A stretch of 64,000 nt of DNA. Origin: Utricularia gibba (taxonomy: Eukaryota; Plantae; Magnoliophyta). Numbering within the stretch: position 1 is the stretch's first letter; each line of letters begins with the position of its first letter. The DNA lies in the NCBI GenBank assembly GCA_002189035.1, contig NEEC01000197.1, forward strand, positions 15,479 through 79,478. Reading direction: 5' to 3'. Under the pieces are notes generated by a model. The model saw nothing but the letters and a program-made list of their open reading frames with translations, had not been told where the DNA came from and searched no databases. Below, one piece after another: positions 14,098 to 25,512 of this stretch. The position numbers and the translations under genes are program-made.

Positions 14098-14411
14098 TCA
14101 GTTGTAGCCCGGAAAATAAGTGATGCATTTATCAACGTTGGGTTTTCGGCGGCTGCCTGAATGGTTTTTCAAGCAATAGCTTGCCATTTTAAGGCGGGTG
14201 CTGTCGTTGGCAGCTTTGTAAGGGCCCAAGGTTCGGTCTGGCTCCTGAGCCCAATCGGGTGCTACTCGATGAAAATCGTGATGCATTTTTTGAAGTTAGG
14301 ATGTCATGAGCACCCCAAATGGTTTTCTCAACAACCTGATTTATATTTGAGGAGGCGCTCTAGGCTGGCACTAGTATCGAGCAAATGGTCGAGTCGCGCT
14401 CTGGCCCATAG
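14098..14411. repeat. Monomer type A (example)
   Basis: Diagnostics: gcctgaatgg, ttggcagctttgtaagggcccaagg, gagcaccccaaatgg, ctaggctggcactagtatcgagcaaatggtcgagtcgcgc (contains SpeI actagt). Confidence 0.92.
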
Positions 14412-14725
14412 TCATTTGTAGCCCGGCCAAAAAAGTGATGCATTTATTAACGTTGGGTTTTCGGCGGCTGCCTACATGCTTTTTTCGAGGAAAAGTTGTC
14501 GTTTTTTTGCGGGTGCTGTTGTTGGGAACTTCGTCCGGACCCAAGGTTCGGTCTGACTTCACAGCACAATCCGATCCCATTCGACGAAAATCGTGACACC
14601 TTTATTGAAGTTAGGATCTCATGACCACCCCAAATGGTTTTTTCAACAGCATGCTTTACACTTGACAAGGCGCTTTTGTGGGTCACCGAGATCGGGCCGG
14701 ATTCGGGTCGGGCTTGAGCCCATAG
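14412..14725. repeat. Monomer type B (example; the most divergent type)
   Basis: Diagnostics: tcatttgtagcccggccaaaaaag, cttttttcgaggaaaagttgtcg, gacttcacagcacaatccgatccc, cagcatgc (SphI), gtgggtcaccgagatcgggccgg. Confidence 0.92.
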
Positions 14726-15039
14726 TCAGCTGTAGCCCGGCAAAAGAAGTGATGCATTTATTAACGTTGGGTTGTCGGCGGCTGCCCACATGGTTTTTCA
14801 AGCAACAGCTTGCCATTTAAAGGCGGGTGCTGTCGTTGGGAGCTTTGTCCGGCCCGAGATTCGGTCTGGCTACTAAGCCCAATCGGGTCGCACTCGACGA
14901 AAATCGTAACGCATTTGATGTAGTTAGGATGTCATGAGAACCCCAATGGGTTTTCTCAACACTCTGCTATATATTTGAGAAGGCGCCCTCGGAGGGTTTC
15001 GGGATTGGGCCAGAGGTCGGGTCGGGCTCAGGCCAATAG
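14726..15039. repeat. Monomer type C (example)
   Basis: Diagnostics: tcagctgtagcccggcaaaagaag (PvuII), ttgtcggcggctgcccacatgg, gtcgcactc, gtaacgcatttgatg, cgccctcggaggg. Confidence 0.92.
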
Positions 15040-15352
15040 TCAGTTGTAGCCCGGAAAATAAGTGATGCATTTATCAACGATGGGTTTTCGGCGGCTGCCT
15101 AAATGGTTTTTCAAGCAACAGCTTGCCGTTTTAAGGTGGGTGCTGTAGTTGGGAGCTTTGTCAGGGCCCGAGATTCGGTCTGGCTACTAAGCCCAATCGG
15201 GTCGTACTCGACGAAATCGTAATGCATTTGCTTTAGTTAGGATGTCATGAGAACCCCAATGGGTTTTCTCAACACTCTACTTTATATTTCAGAAGGCGCT
15301 CTTGGGGGGTTTCGGGATTGGGCCAGAGGTCGGGTCGGGCTATGGCCCATAG
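15040..15352. repeat. Monomer type D (example)
   Basis: Diagnostics: caacgatggg, aaggtgggtgctgtag, gtcgtactc, gtaatgcatttgctttag, ctctactttatatttcagaagg, gctatggcccatag. Confidence 0.92.
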
Positions 15353-18300
15353 TCAGTTGTAGCCCGGAAAATAAGTGATGCATTTATCAACGTTGGGTTT
15401 TCGGCGGCTGCCTGAATGGTTTTTCAAGCAATAGCTTGCCATTTTAAGGCGGGTGCTGTCGTTGGCAGCTTTGTAAGGGCCCAAGGTTCGGTCTGGCTCC
15501 TGAGCCCAATCGGGTGCTACTCGATGAAAATCGTGATGCATTTTTTGAAGTTAGGATGTCATGAGCACCCCAAATGGTTTTCTCAACAACCTGATTTATA
15601 TTTGAGGAGGCGCTCTAGGCTGGCACTAGTATCGAGCAAATGGTCGAGTCGCGCTCTGGCCCATAGTCATTTGTAGCCCGGCCAAAAAAGTGATGCATTT
15701 ATTAACGTTGGGTTTTCGGCGGCTGCCTACATGCTTTTTTCGAGGAAAAGTTGTCGTTTTTTTGCGGGTGCTGTTGTTGGGAACTTCGTCCGGACCCAAG
15801 GTTCGGTCTGACTTCACAGCACAATCCGATCCCATTCGACGAAAATCGTGACACCTTTATTGAAGTTAGGATCTCATGACCACCCCAATGGTTTTTTCAA
15901 CAGCATGCTTACACTTGACAAGGCGCTTTTGTGGGTCACCGAGATCGGGCCGGATTCGGGTCGGGCTTGAGCCCAAGTCAGCTGTAGCCCGGCAAAAGAA
16001 GTGATGCATTTATTAACGTTGGGTTGTCGGCGGCTGCCCACATGGTTTTTCAAGCAATAGCTTGCCATTTAAAGGCGGGTGCTGTCGTTGGGAGCTTTGT
16101 CCGGCCCGAGATTCGGTCTGGCTACTAGCCCAATCGGGTCGCACTCGACGAAAATCGTAACGCATTTGATGTAGTTAGGATGTCATGAGAACCCCAATGG
16201 TTTTCTCAACACTCTGCTATATATTTGAGAAGGCGCCCTCGGAGGGTTTCGGGATTGGGCCAGAGGTCGGGTCGGGCTCAGGCCAATAGTCAGTTGTAGC
16301 CCGGAAATAAGTGATGCATTTATCAACGATGGGTTTTCGGCGGCTGCCTAAATGGTTTTTCAAGCAACAGCTTGCCGTTTTAAGGTGGGTGCTGTAGTTG
16401 GGAGCTTTGTCAGGCCCGAGATTCGGTCTGGCTACTAAGCCCAATCGGGTCGTACTCGACGAAATCGTAATGCATTTGCTTTAGTTAGGATGTCATGAGA
16501 ACCCCAACGGGTTTTCTCAACACTCTACTTTATATTTCAGAAGGCGCTCTTGGGGGGTTTCGGGATTGGGCCAGAGGTCGGGTCGGGCTATGGCCCATAG
16601 TCAGTTGTAGCCCGGAAAATAAGTGATGCATTTATCAACGTTGGGTTTTCGGCGGCTGCCTGAATGGTTTTTCAAGCAATAGCTTGCCATTTTAAGGCGG
16701 GTGCTGTCGTTGGCAGCTTTGTAAGGGCCCAAGGTTCGGTCTGGCTCCTGAGCCCAATCGGGTGCTACTCGATGAAAATCGTGATGCATTTTTTGAAGTT
16801 AGGATGTCATGAGCACCCAAATGGTTTTCTCAACAACCTGATTTATATTTGAGGAGGCGCTCTAGGCTGGCACTAGTATCGAGCAAATGGTCGAGTCGCG
16901 CTCTGGCCCATAGTCATTTGTAGCCCGGCCAAAAAAGTGATGCATTTATTAACGTTGGGTTTTCGGCGGCTGCCTACATGCTTTTTTCGAGGAAAAGTTG
17001 TCGTTTTTTTGCGGGTGCTGTTGTTGGGAACTTCGTCCGGACCCAAGGTTCGGTCTGACTTCACAGCACAATCCGATCCCATTCGACGAAAATCGTGACA
17101 CCTTTATTGAAGTTAGGATCTCATGACCACCCCAAATGGTTTTTTCAACAGCATGCTTTACACTTGACAAGGCGCTTTTGTGGGTCACGAGATCGGGCCG
17201 GATTCGGGTCGGGCTTGAGCCCAAGTCAGCTGTAGCCCGGCAAAAGAAGTGATGCATTTATTAACGTTGGGTTGTCGGCGGCTGCCCACATGGTTTGTCA
17301 AGCAATAGCTTGCCATTTAAAGTCGGGTGCTGTCGGGGAGCTTTGTCCGGCCCGAGATTCGGTCTGGCTACTAAGCCCAATCGGGTCGCACTCGACGAAA
17401 ATCGTAACGCATTTGATGTAGTTAGGATGTCATGAGAACCCCAATGGGTTTTCTCAACACTCTGCTATATATTTGAGAAGCGCCCTCGGAGGGTTTCGGG
17501 ATTGGGCCAGAGGTCGGGTCGGGCTCAGGCCAATAGTCAGTTGTAGCCCGGAAAATAAGTGATGCATTTATCAACGATGGGTTTTCGCGGCTGCCTAAAT
17601 GGTTTTTCAAGCAACAGCTTGCCGTTTTAAGGTGGGTGCTGTAGTTGGGAGCTTTGTCAGGGCCCGAGATTCGGTCTGGCTACTAAGCCCAATCGGGTCG
17701 TACTCGACGAAATCGTAATGCATTTGCTTTAGTTAGGATGTCATGAGAACCCCAATGGGTTTTCTCAACACTCTACTTTATATTTCAGAAGGCGCTCTTG
17801 GGGGGTTTCGGGATTGGGCCAGAGGTCGGGTCGGGCTATGGCCCATAGTCAGTTGTAGCCCGGAAAATAAGTGATGCATTTATCAACGTTGGGTTTTCGG
17901 CGGCTGCCTGATGGTTTTTCAAGCAATAGCTTGCCATTTTAAGGCGGGTGCTGTCGTTGGCAGCTTTGTAAGGGCCCAAGGTTCGGTCTGGCTCCTGAGC
18001 CCAATCGGGTGCTACTCGATGAAAATCGTGATGCATTTTTTGAAGTTAGGATGTCATGAGCACCCCAAATGGTTTTCTCAACAACCTGATTTATATTTGA
18101 GGAGGCGCTCTAGGCTGGCACTAGTATCGAGCAAATGGTCGAGTCGCGCTCTGGCCCATAGTCATTTGTAGCCCGGCCAAAAAAGTGATGCATTTATTAA
18201 CGTTGGGTTTTCGGCGGCTGCCTACATGCTTTTTTCGAGGAAAAGTTGTCGTTTTTTTGCGGGTGCTGTTGTTGGGAACTTCGTCCGGACCCAAGGATCG

Positions 18301-21300
18301 GTCTGACTTCACAGCACAATCCGATCCCATTCGACGAAAATCGTGACACCTTTATTGAAGTTAGGATCTCATGACCACCCCAAATGGTTTTTTCAACAGC
18401 ATGCTTTACACTTGACAAGGCGCTTTTGTGGGTCACCGAGATCGGGCCGGATTCGGGTCGGGCTTGAGCCCAAAGTCAGCTGTAGCCCGGCAAAAGAAGT
18501 GATGCATTTATTAACGTTGGGTTGTCGGCGGCTGCCCACATGGTTTGTCAAGCAATAGCTTGCCATTTAAAGTCGGGTGCTGTCGTTGGGAGCTTTGTCC
18601 GGGCCGAGATTCGGTCTGGCTACTAAGCCCAATCGGGTCGCACTCGACGAAAATCGTAACGCATTTGATGTAGTTAGGATGTCATGAGAACCCCAATGGG
18701 TTTTCTCAACACTCTGCTGCTATATATTTGAAGGCGCCCTCGGAGGGTTTCGGGATTGGGCCAGAGGTCGGGTCGGGCTCAGGCCAATAGTCAGTTGTAG
18801 CCCGGAAAATAAGTGATGCATTTATCAACGATGGGTTTTCGGCGGCTGCCTAAATGGTTTTTCAAGCAACAGCTTGCCGTTTTAAGGTGGGTGCTGTAGT
18901 TGGGAGCTTTGTCAGGGCCCGAGATTCGGTCTGGCTACTAAGCCCAATCGGGTCGTACTCGACGAAATCGTAATGCATTTGCTTTAGTTAGGATGTCATG
19001 AGAACCCCAACGGGTTTTCTCAACACTCTACTTTATATTTCAGAAGGCGCTCTTGGGGGGTTTCGGGATTGGGCCAGGTCGGTCGGGCTATGGCCCATAG
19101 TCAGTTGTAGCCCGGAAAATAAGTGATGCATTTATCAACGTTGGGTTTTCGGCGGCTGCCTGAATGGTTTTTCAAGCAATAGCTTGCCATTTTAAGGCGG
19201 GTGCTGTCGTTGGCAGCTTTGTAAGGGCCCAAGGTTCGGTCTGGCTCCTGAGCCCAATCGGGTGCTACTCGATGAAAATCGTGATGCATTTTTTGAAGTT
19301 AGGATGTCATGAGCACCCCAAATGGTTTTCTCAACAACCTGATTTATATTTGAGGAGGCGCTCTAGGCTGGCACTAGTATCGAGCAAATGGTCGAGTCGC
19401 GCTCTGGCCCATAGTCATTTGTAGCCCGGCCAAAAAAGTGATGCATTTATTAACGTTGGGTTTTCGGCGGCTGCCTACATGCTTTTTTCGAGGAAAAGTT
19501 GTCGTTTTTTTGCGGGTGCTGTTGTTGGGAACTTCGTCCGGACCCAAGGTCGGTCTGACTTCACAGCACAATCCGATCCCATTCGACGAAAATCGTGACA
19601 CCTTTATTGAAGTTAGGATCTCATGACCACCCCAAATGGTTTTTTCAACAGCATGCTTTACACTTGACAAGGCGCTTTTGTGGGTCACCGAGATCGGGCC
19701 GGATTCGGGTCGGGCTTGAGCCCAAGTCAGCTGTAGCCCGGCAAAAGAAGTGATGCATTTATTAACGTTGGGTTGTCGGCGGCTGCCCACATGGTTTGTC
19801 AAGCAATAGCTTGCCATTTAAAGTCGGGTGCTGTCGTTGGGAGCTTTGTCCGGCCCGAGATTCGGTCTGGCTACTAAGCCCAATCGGGTCGCACTCGACG
19901 AAAATCGTAACGCATTTGATGTAGTTAGGATGTCATGAGAACCCCAATGGGTTTTCTCAACACTCTGCTATATATTTGAGAAGGCGCCCTCGGAGGGTTT
20001 CGGGATTGGGCCAGAGGTCGGGTCGGGCTCAGGCCAATAGTCAGTTGTAGCCCGGAAAATAAGTGATGCATTTATCAACGATGGGTTTTCGGCGGCTGCC
20101 TAAATGGTTTTTCAAGCAACAGCTTGCCGTTTTAAGGTGGGTGCTGTAGTTGGGAGCTTTGTCAGGGCCCGAGATTCGGTCTGGCTACTAAGCCCAATCG
20201 GGTCGTACTCGACGAAATCGTAATGCATTTGCTTTAGTTAGGATGTCATGAGAACCCCAACGGGTTTTCTCAACACTCTACTTTATATTTCAGAAGGCGC
20301 TCTTGGGGGGTTTCGGGATTGGGCCAGAGGTCGGGTCGGGCTATGGCCCATAGTCAGTTGTAGCCCGGAAAATAAGTGATGCATTTATCAACGTTGGGTT
20401 TTCGGCGGCTGCCTGAATGGTTTTTCAAGCAATAGCTTGCCATTTTAAGGCGGGTGCTGTCGTTGGCAGCTTTGTAAGGGCCCAAGGTTCGGTCTGGCTC
20501 CTGAGCCCAATCGGGTGCTACTCGATGAAAATCGTGATGCATTTTTTGAAGTTAGGATGTCATGAGCACCCCAAATGGTTTTCTCAACAACCTGATTTAT
20601 ATTTGAGGAGGCGCTCTAGGCTGGCACTAGTATCGAGCAAATGGTCGAGTCGCGCTCTGGCCCATAGTCATTTGTAGCCCGGCCAAAAAAGTGATGCATT
20701 TATTAACGTTGGGTTTTCGGCGGCTGCCTACATGCTTTTTTCGAGGAAAAGTTGTCGTTTTTTTGCGGGTGCTGTTGTTGGGAACTTCGTCCGGACCCAA
20801 GGTCGGTCTGACTTCACAGCACAATCCGATCCCATTCGACGAAAATCGTGACCTTTATTGAAGTTAGGATCTCATGACCACCCCAAATGGTTTTTTCAAC
20901 AGCATGCTTTACACTTGACAAGGCGCTTTTGTGGGTCACCGAGATCGGGCCGGATTCGGGTCGGGCTTGAGCCCAAGTCAGCTGTAGCCCGGCAAAAGAA
21001 GTGATGCATTTATTAACGTTGGGTTGTCGGCGGCTGCCCACATGGTTTGTCAAGCAATAGCTTGCCATTTAAAGTCGGGTGCTGTCGTTGGGAGCTTTGT
21101 CCGGCCCGAGATTCGGTCTGGCTACTAAGCCCAATCGGGTCGCACTCGACGAAAATCGTAACGCATTTGATGTAGTTAGGATGTCATGAGAACCCCAATG
21201 GGTTTTCTCAACACTCTGCTATATATTTGAGAAGGCGCCCTCGGAGGGTTTCGGGATTGGGCCAGAGGTCGGGTCGGGCTCAGGCCAATAGTCAGTTGTA

Positions 21301-24111
21301 GCCCGGAAAATAAGTGATGCATTTATCAACGATGGGTTTTCGGCGGCTGCCTAAATGGTTTTTCAAGCAACAGCTTGCCGTTTTAAGGTGGGTGCTGTAG
21401 TTGGGAGCTTTGTCAGGGCCCGAGATTCGGTCTGGCTACTAAGCCCAATCGGGTCGTACTCGACGAAATCGTAATGCATTTGCTTTAGTTAGGATGTCAT
21501 GAGAACCCCAACGGGTTTTCTCAACACTCTACTTTATATTTCAGAAGGCGCTCTTGGGGGTTTCGGGATTGGGCCAGAGGTCGGGTCGGGCTATGGCCCA
21601 TAGTCAGTTGTAGCCCGGAAAATAAGTGATGCATTTATCAACGTTGGGTTTTCGGCGGCTGCCTGAATGGTTTTTCAAGCAATAGCTTGCCATTTTAAGG
21701 CGGGTGCTGTCGTTGGCAGCTTTGTAAGGGCCCAAGGTTCGGTCTGGCTCCTGAGCCCAATCGGGTGCTACTCGATGAAAATCGTGATGCATTTTTTGAA
21801 GTTAGGATGTCATGAGCACCCCAAATGGTTTTCTCAACAACCTGATTTATATTTGAGGAGGCGCTCTAGGCTGGCACTAGTATCGAGCAAATGGTCGAGT
21901 CGCGCTCTGGCCCATAGTCATTTGTAGCCCGGCCAAAAAAGTGATGCATTTATTAACGTTGGGTTTTCGGCGGCTGCCTACATGCTTTTTTCGAGGAAAA
22001 GTTGTCGTTTTTTTGCGGGTGCTGTTGTTGGGAACTTCGTCCGGACCCAAGGTTCGGTCTGACTTCACAGCACAATCCGATCCCATTCGACGAAAATCGT
22101 GACACCTTTATTGAAGTTAGGATCTCATGACCACCCCAAATGGTTTTTTCAACAGCATGCTTTACACTTGACAAGGCGCTTTTGTGGGTCACCGAGATCG
22201 GGCCGGATTCGGGTCGGGCTTGAGCCCATAGTCAGCTGTAGCCCGGCAAAAGAAGTGATGCATTTATTAACGTTGGGTTGTCGGCGGCTGCCCACATGGT
22301 TTTTCAAGCAATAGCTTGCCATTTAAAGTCGGGTGCTGTCGTTGGGAGCTTTGTCCGGCCCGAGATTCGGTCTGGCTACTAAGCCCAATCGGGTCGCACT
22401 CGACGAAAATCGTAACGCATTTGATGTAGTTAGGATGTCATGAGAACCCCAATGGGTTTTCTCAACACTCTGCTATATATTTGAGAAGGCGCCCTCGGAG
22501 GGTTTCGGGATTGGGCCAGAGGTCGGGTCGGGCTCAGGCCAATAGTCAGTTGTAGCCCGGAAAATAAGTGATGCATTTATCAACGATGGGTTTTCGGCGG
22601 CTGCCTAAATGGTTTTTCAAGCAACAGCTTGCCGTTTTAAGGTGGGTGCTGTAGTTGGGAGCTTTGTCAGGGCCCGAGATTCGGTCTGGCTACTAAGCCC
22701 AATCGGGTCGTACTCGACGAAATCGTAATGCATTTGCTTTAGTTAGGATGTCATGAGAACCCCAACGGGTTTTCTCAACACTCTACTTTATATTTCAGAA
22801 GGCGCTCTTGGGGGGTTTCGGGATTGGGCCAGAGGTCGGGTCGGGCTATGGCCCATAGTCAGTTGTAGCCCGGAAAATAAGTGATGCATTTATCAACGTT
22901 GGGTTTTCGGCGGCTGCCTGAATGGTTTTTCAAGCAATAGCTTGCCATTTTAAGGCGGGTGCTGTCGTTGGCAGCTTTGTAAGGGCCCAAGGTTCGGTCT
23001 GGCTCCTGAGCCCAATCGGGTGCTACTCGATGAAAATCGTGATGCATTTTTTGAAGTTAGGATGTCATGAGCACCCCAAATGGTTTTCTCAACAACCTGA
23101 TTTATATTTGAGGAGGCGCTCTAGGCTGGCACTAGTATCGAGCAAATGGTCGAGTCGCGCTCTGGCCCATAGTCATTTGTAGCCCGGCCAAAAAAGTGAT
23201 GCATTTATTAACGTTGGGTTTTCGGCGGCTGCCTACATGCTTTTTTCGAGGAAAAGTTGTCGTTTTTTTGCGGGTGCTGTTGTTGGGAACTTCGTCCGGA
23301 CCCAAGGTCGGTCTGACTTCACAGCACAATCCGATCCCATTCGACGAAAATCGTGACACCTTTATTGAAGTTAGGATCTCATGACCACCCCAAATGGTTT
23401 TTTCAACAGCATGCTTTACACTTGACAAGGCGCTTTTGTGGGTCACCGAGATCGGGCCGGATTCGGGTCGGGCTTGAGCCCAAGTCAGCTGTAGCCCGGC
23501 AAAAGAAGTGATGCATTTATTAACGTTGGGTTGTCGGCGGCTGCCCACATGGTTTGTCAAGCAATAGCTTGCCATTTAAAGTCGGGTGCTGTCGTTGGGA
23601 GCTTTGTCCGGCCCGAGATTCGGTCTGGCTACTAAGCCCAATCGGGTCGCACTCGACGAAAATCGTAACGCATTTGATGTAGTTAGGATGTCATGAGAAC
23701 CCCAATGGGTTTTCTCAACACTCTGCTATATATTTGAGAAGGCGCCCTCGGAGGGTTTCGGGATTGGGCCAGAGGTCGGGTCGGGCTCAGGCCAATAGTC
23801 AGTTGTAGCCCGGAAAATAAGTGATGCATTTATCAACGATGGGTTTTCGGCGGCTGCCTAAATGGTTTTTCAAGCAACAGCTTGCCGTTTTAAGGTGGGT
23901 GCTGTAGTTGGGAGCTTTGTCAGGGCCCGAGATTCGGTCTGGCTACTAAGCCCAATCGGGTCGTACTCGACGAAATCGTAATGCATTTGCTTTAGTTAGG
24001 ATGTCATGAGAACCCCAACGGGTTTTCTCAACACTCTACTTTATATTTCAGAAGGCGCTCTTGGGGGGTTTCGGGATTGGGCCAGAGGTCGGGTCGGGCT
24101 ATGGCCCATAG

Positions 24112-25512
24112 TCAGTTGTAGCCCGGAAAATAAGTGATGCATTTATCAACGTTGGGTTTTCGGCGGCTGCCTGAATGGTTTTTCAAGCAATAGCTTGCCA
24201 TTTTAAGGCGGGTGCTGTCGTTGGCAGCTTTGTAAGGGCCCAAGGTTCGGTCTGGCTCCTGAGCCCAATCGGGTGCTACTCGATGAAAATCGTGATGCAT
24301 TTTTTGAAGTTAGGATGTCATGAGCACCCCAAATGGTTTTCTCAACAACCTGATTTATATTTGAGGAGGCGCTCTAGGCTGGCACTAGTATCGAGCAAAT
24401 GGTCGAGTCGCGCTCTGGCCCATAGTCATTTGTAGCCCGGCCAAAAAAGTGATGCATTTATTAACGTTGGGTTTTCGGCGGCTGCCTACATGCTTTTTTC
24501 GAGGAAAAGTTGTCGTTTTTTTGCGGGTGCTGTTGTTGGGAACTTCGTCCGGACCCAAGGTCGGTCTGACTTCACAGCACAATCCGATCCCATTCGACGA
24601 AAATCGTGACACCTTTATTGAAGTTAGGATCTCATGACCACCCCAAATGGTTTTTTCAACAGCATGCTTACACTTGACAAGGCGCTTTTGTGGGTCACCG
24701 AGATCGGGCCGGATTCGGGTCGGGCTTGAGCCCATAGTCAGCTGTAGCCCGGCAAAAGAAGTGATGCATTTATTAACGTTGGGTTGTCGGCGGCTGCCCA
24801 CATGGTTTTTCAAGCAACAGCTTGCCATTTAAAGGCGGGTGCTGTCGTTGGGAGCTTTGTCCGGCCCGAGATTCGGTCTGGCTACTAAGCCCAATCGGGT
24901 CGCACTCGACGAAAATCGTAACGCATTTGATGTAGTTAGGATGTCATGAGAACCCAATGGGTTTTCTCAACACTCTGCTATATATTTGAGAAGGCGCAGG
25001 GTTTCGGGATTGGGCCAGAGGTCGGGTCGGGCTCAGGCCAATAGTCAGTTGTAGCCCGGAAAATAAGTGATGCATTTATCAACGATGGGTTTTCGGCGGC
25101 TGCCTAAATGGTTTTTCAAGCAACAGCTTGCCGTTTTAAGGTGGGTGCTGTAGTTGGAGCTTTGTCAGGGCCCGAGATTCGGTCTGGCTACTAAGCCCAA
25201 TCGGGTCGTACTCGACGAAATCGTAATGCATTTGCTTTAGTTAGGATGTCATGAGAACCCCAATGGGTTTTCTCAACACTCTGCTTATATTTGAGAAGGC
25301 GGGGGGTTTCGGGATTGGGCCAGAGGTCGGGTCGGGCTCAGGCCAATAGTCAGTTGTAGCCCGGAAAATAAGTGATGCATTTATCAACGATGGGTTTTCG
25401 GCGGCTGCCTAAATGGTTTTTCAAGCAACAGCTTGCCGTTTCTCTTTGTCAGGTTCACTGGGTCGTACTCGGTAATGCATTTGCTCATTTGGCGCTCAAG
25501 AATGGCCCATAG
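24112..25512. repeat. Variant HOR A-B-C-D-D* (extra D truncated to ~163 bp)
   Basis: A-to-A spacing is 1401 bp; D-type heads at 25045 and 25350. Confidence 0.85.

Larger units (their letters stand above)
14098..15352. repeat. Representative canonical HOR unit A-B-C-D (1255 bp)
   Basis: Monomer starts read from the sequence: A 14098, B 14412, C 14726, D 15040, next A 15353 (314+314+314+313 bp). Confidence 0.95.

Noticed and set aside
14821-14850. CENP-B-box-like word (gtcgttgggagc; also cccattcgacgaa in B)
   Set aside because: Neither fits the NTTCGNNNNANNCGGGN core on either strand; the CGGG/CCCG half is missing at the required spacing.
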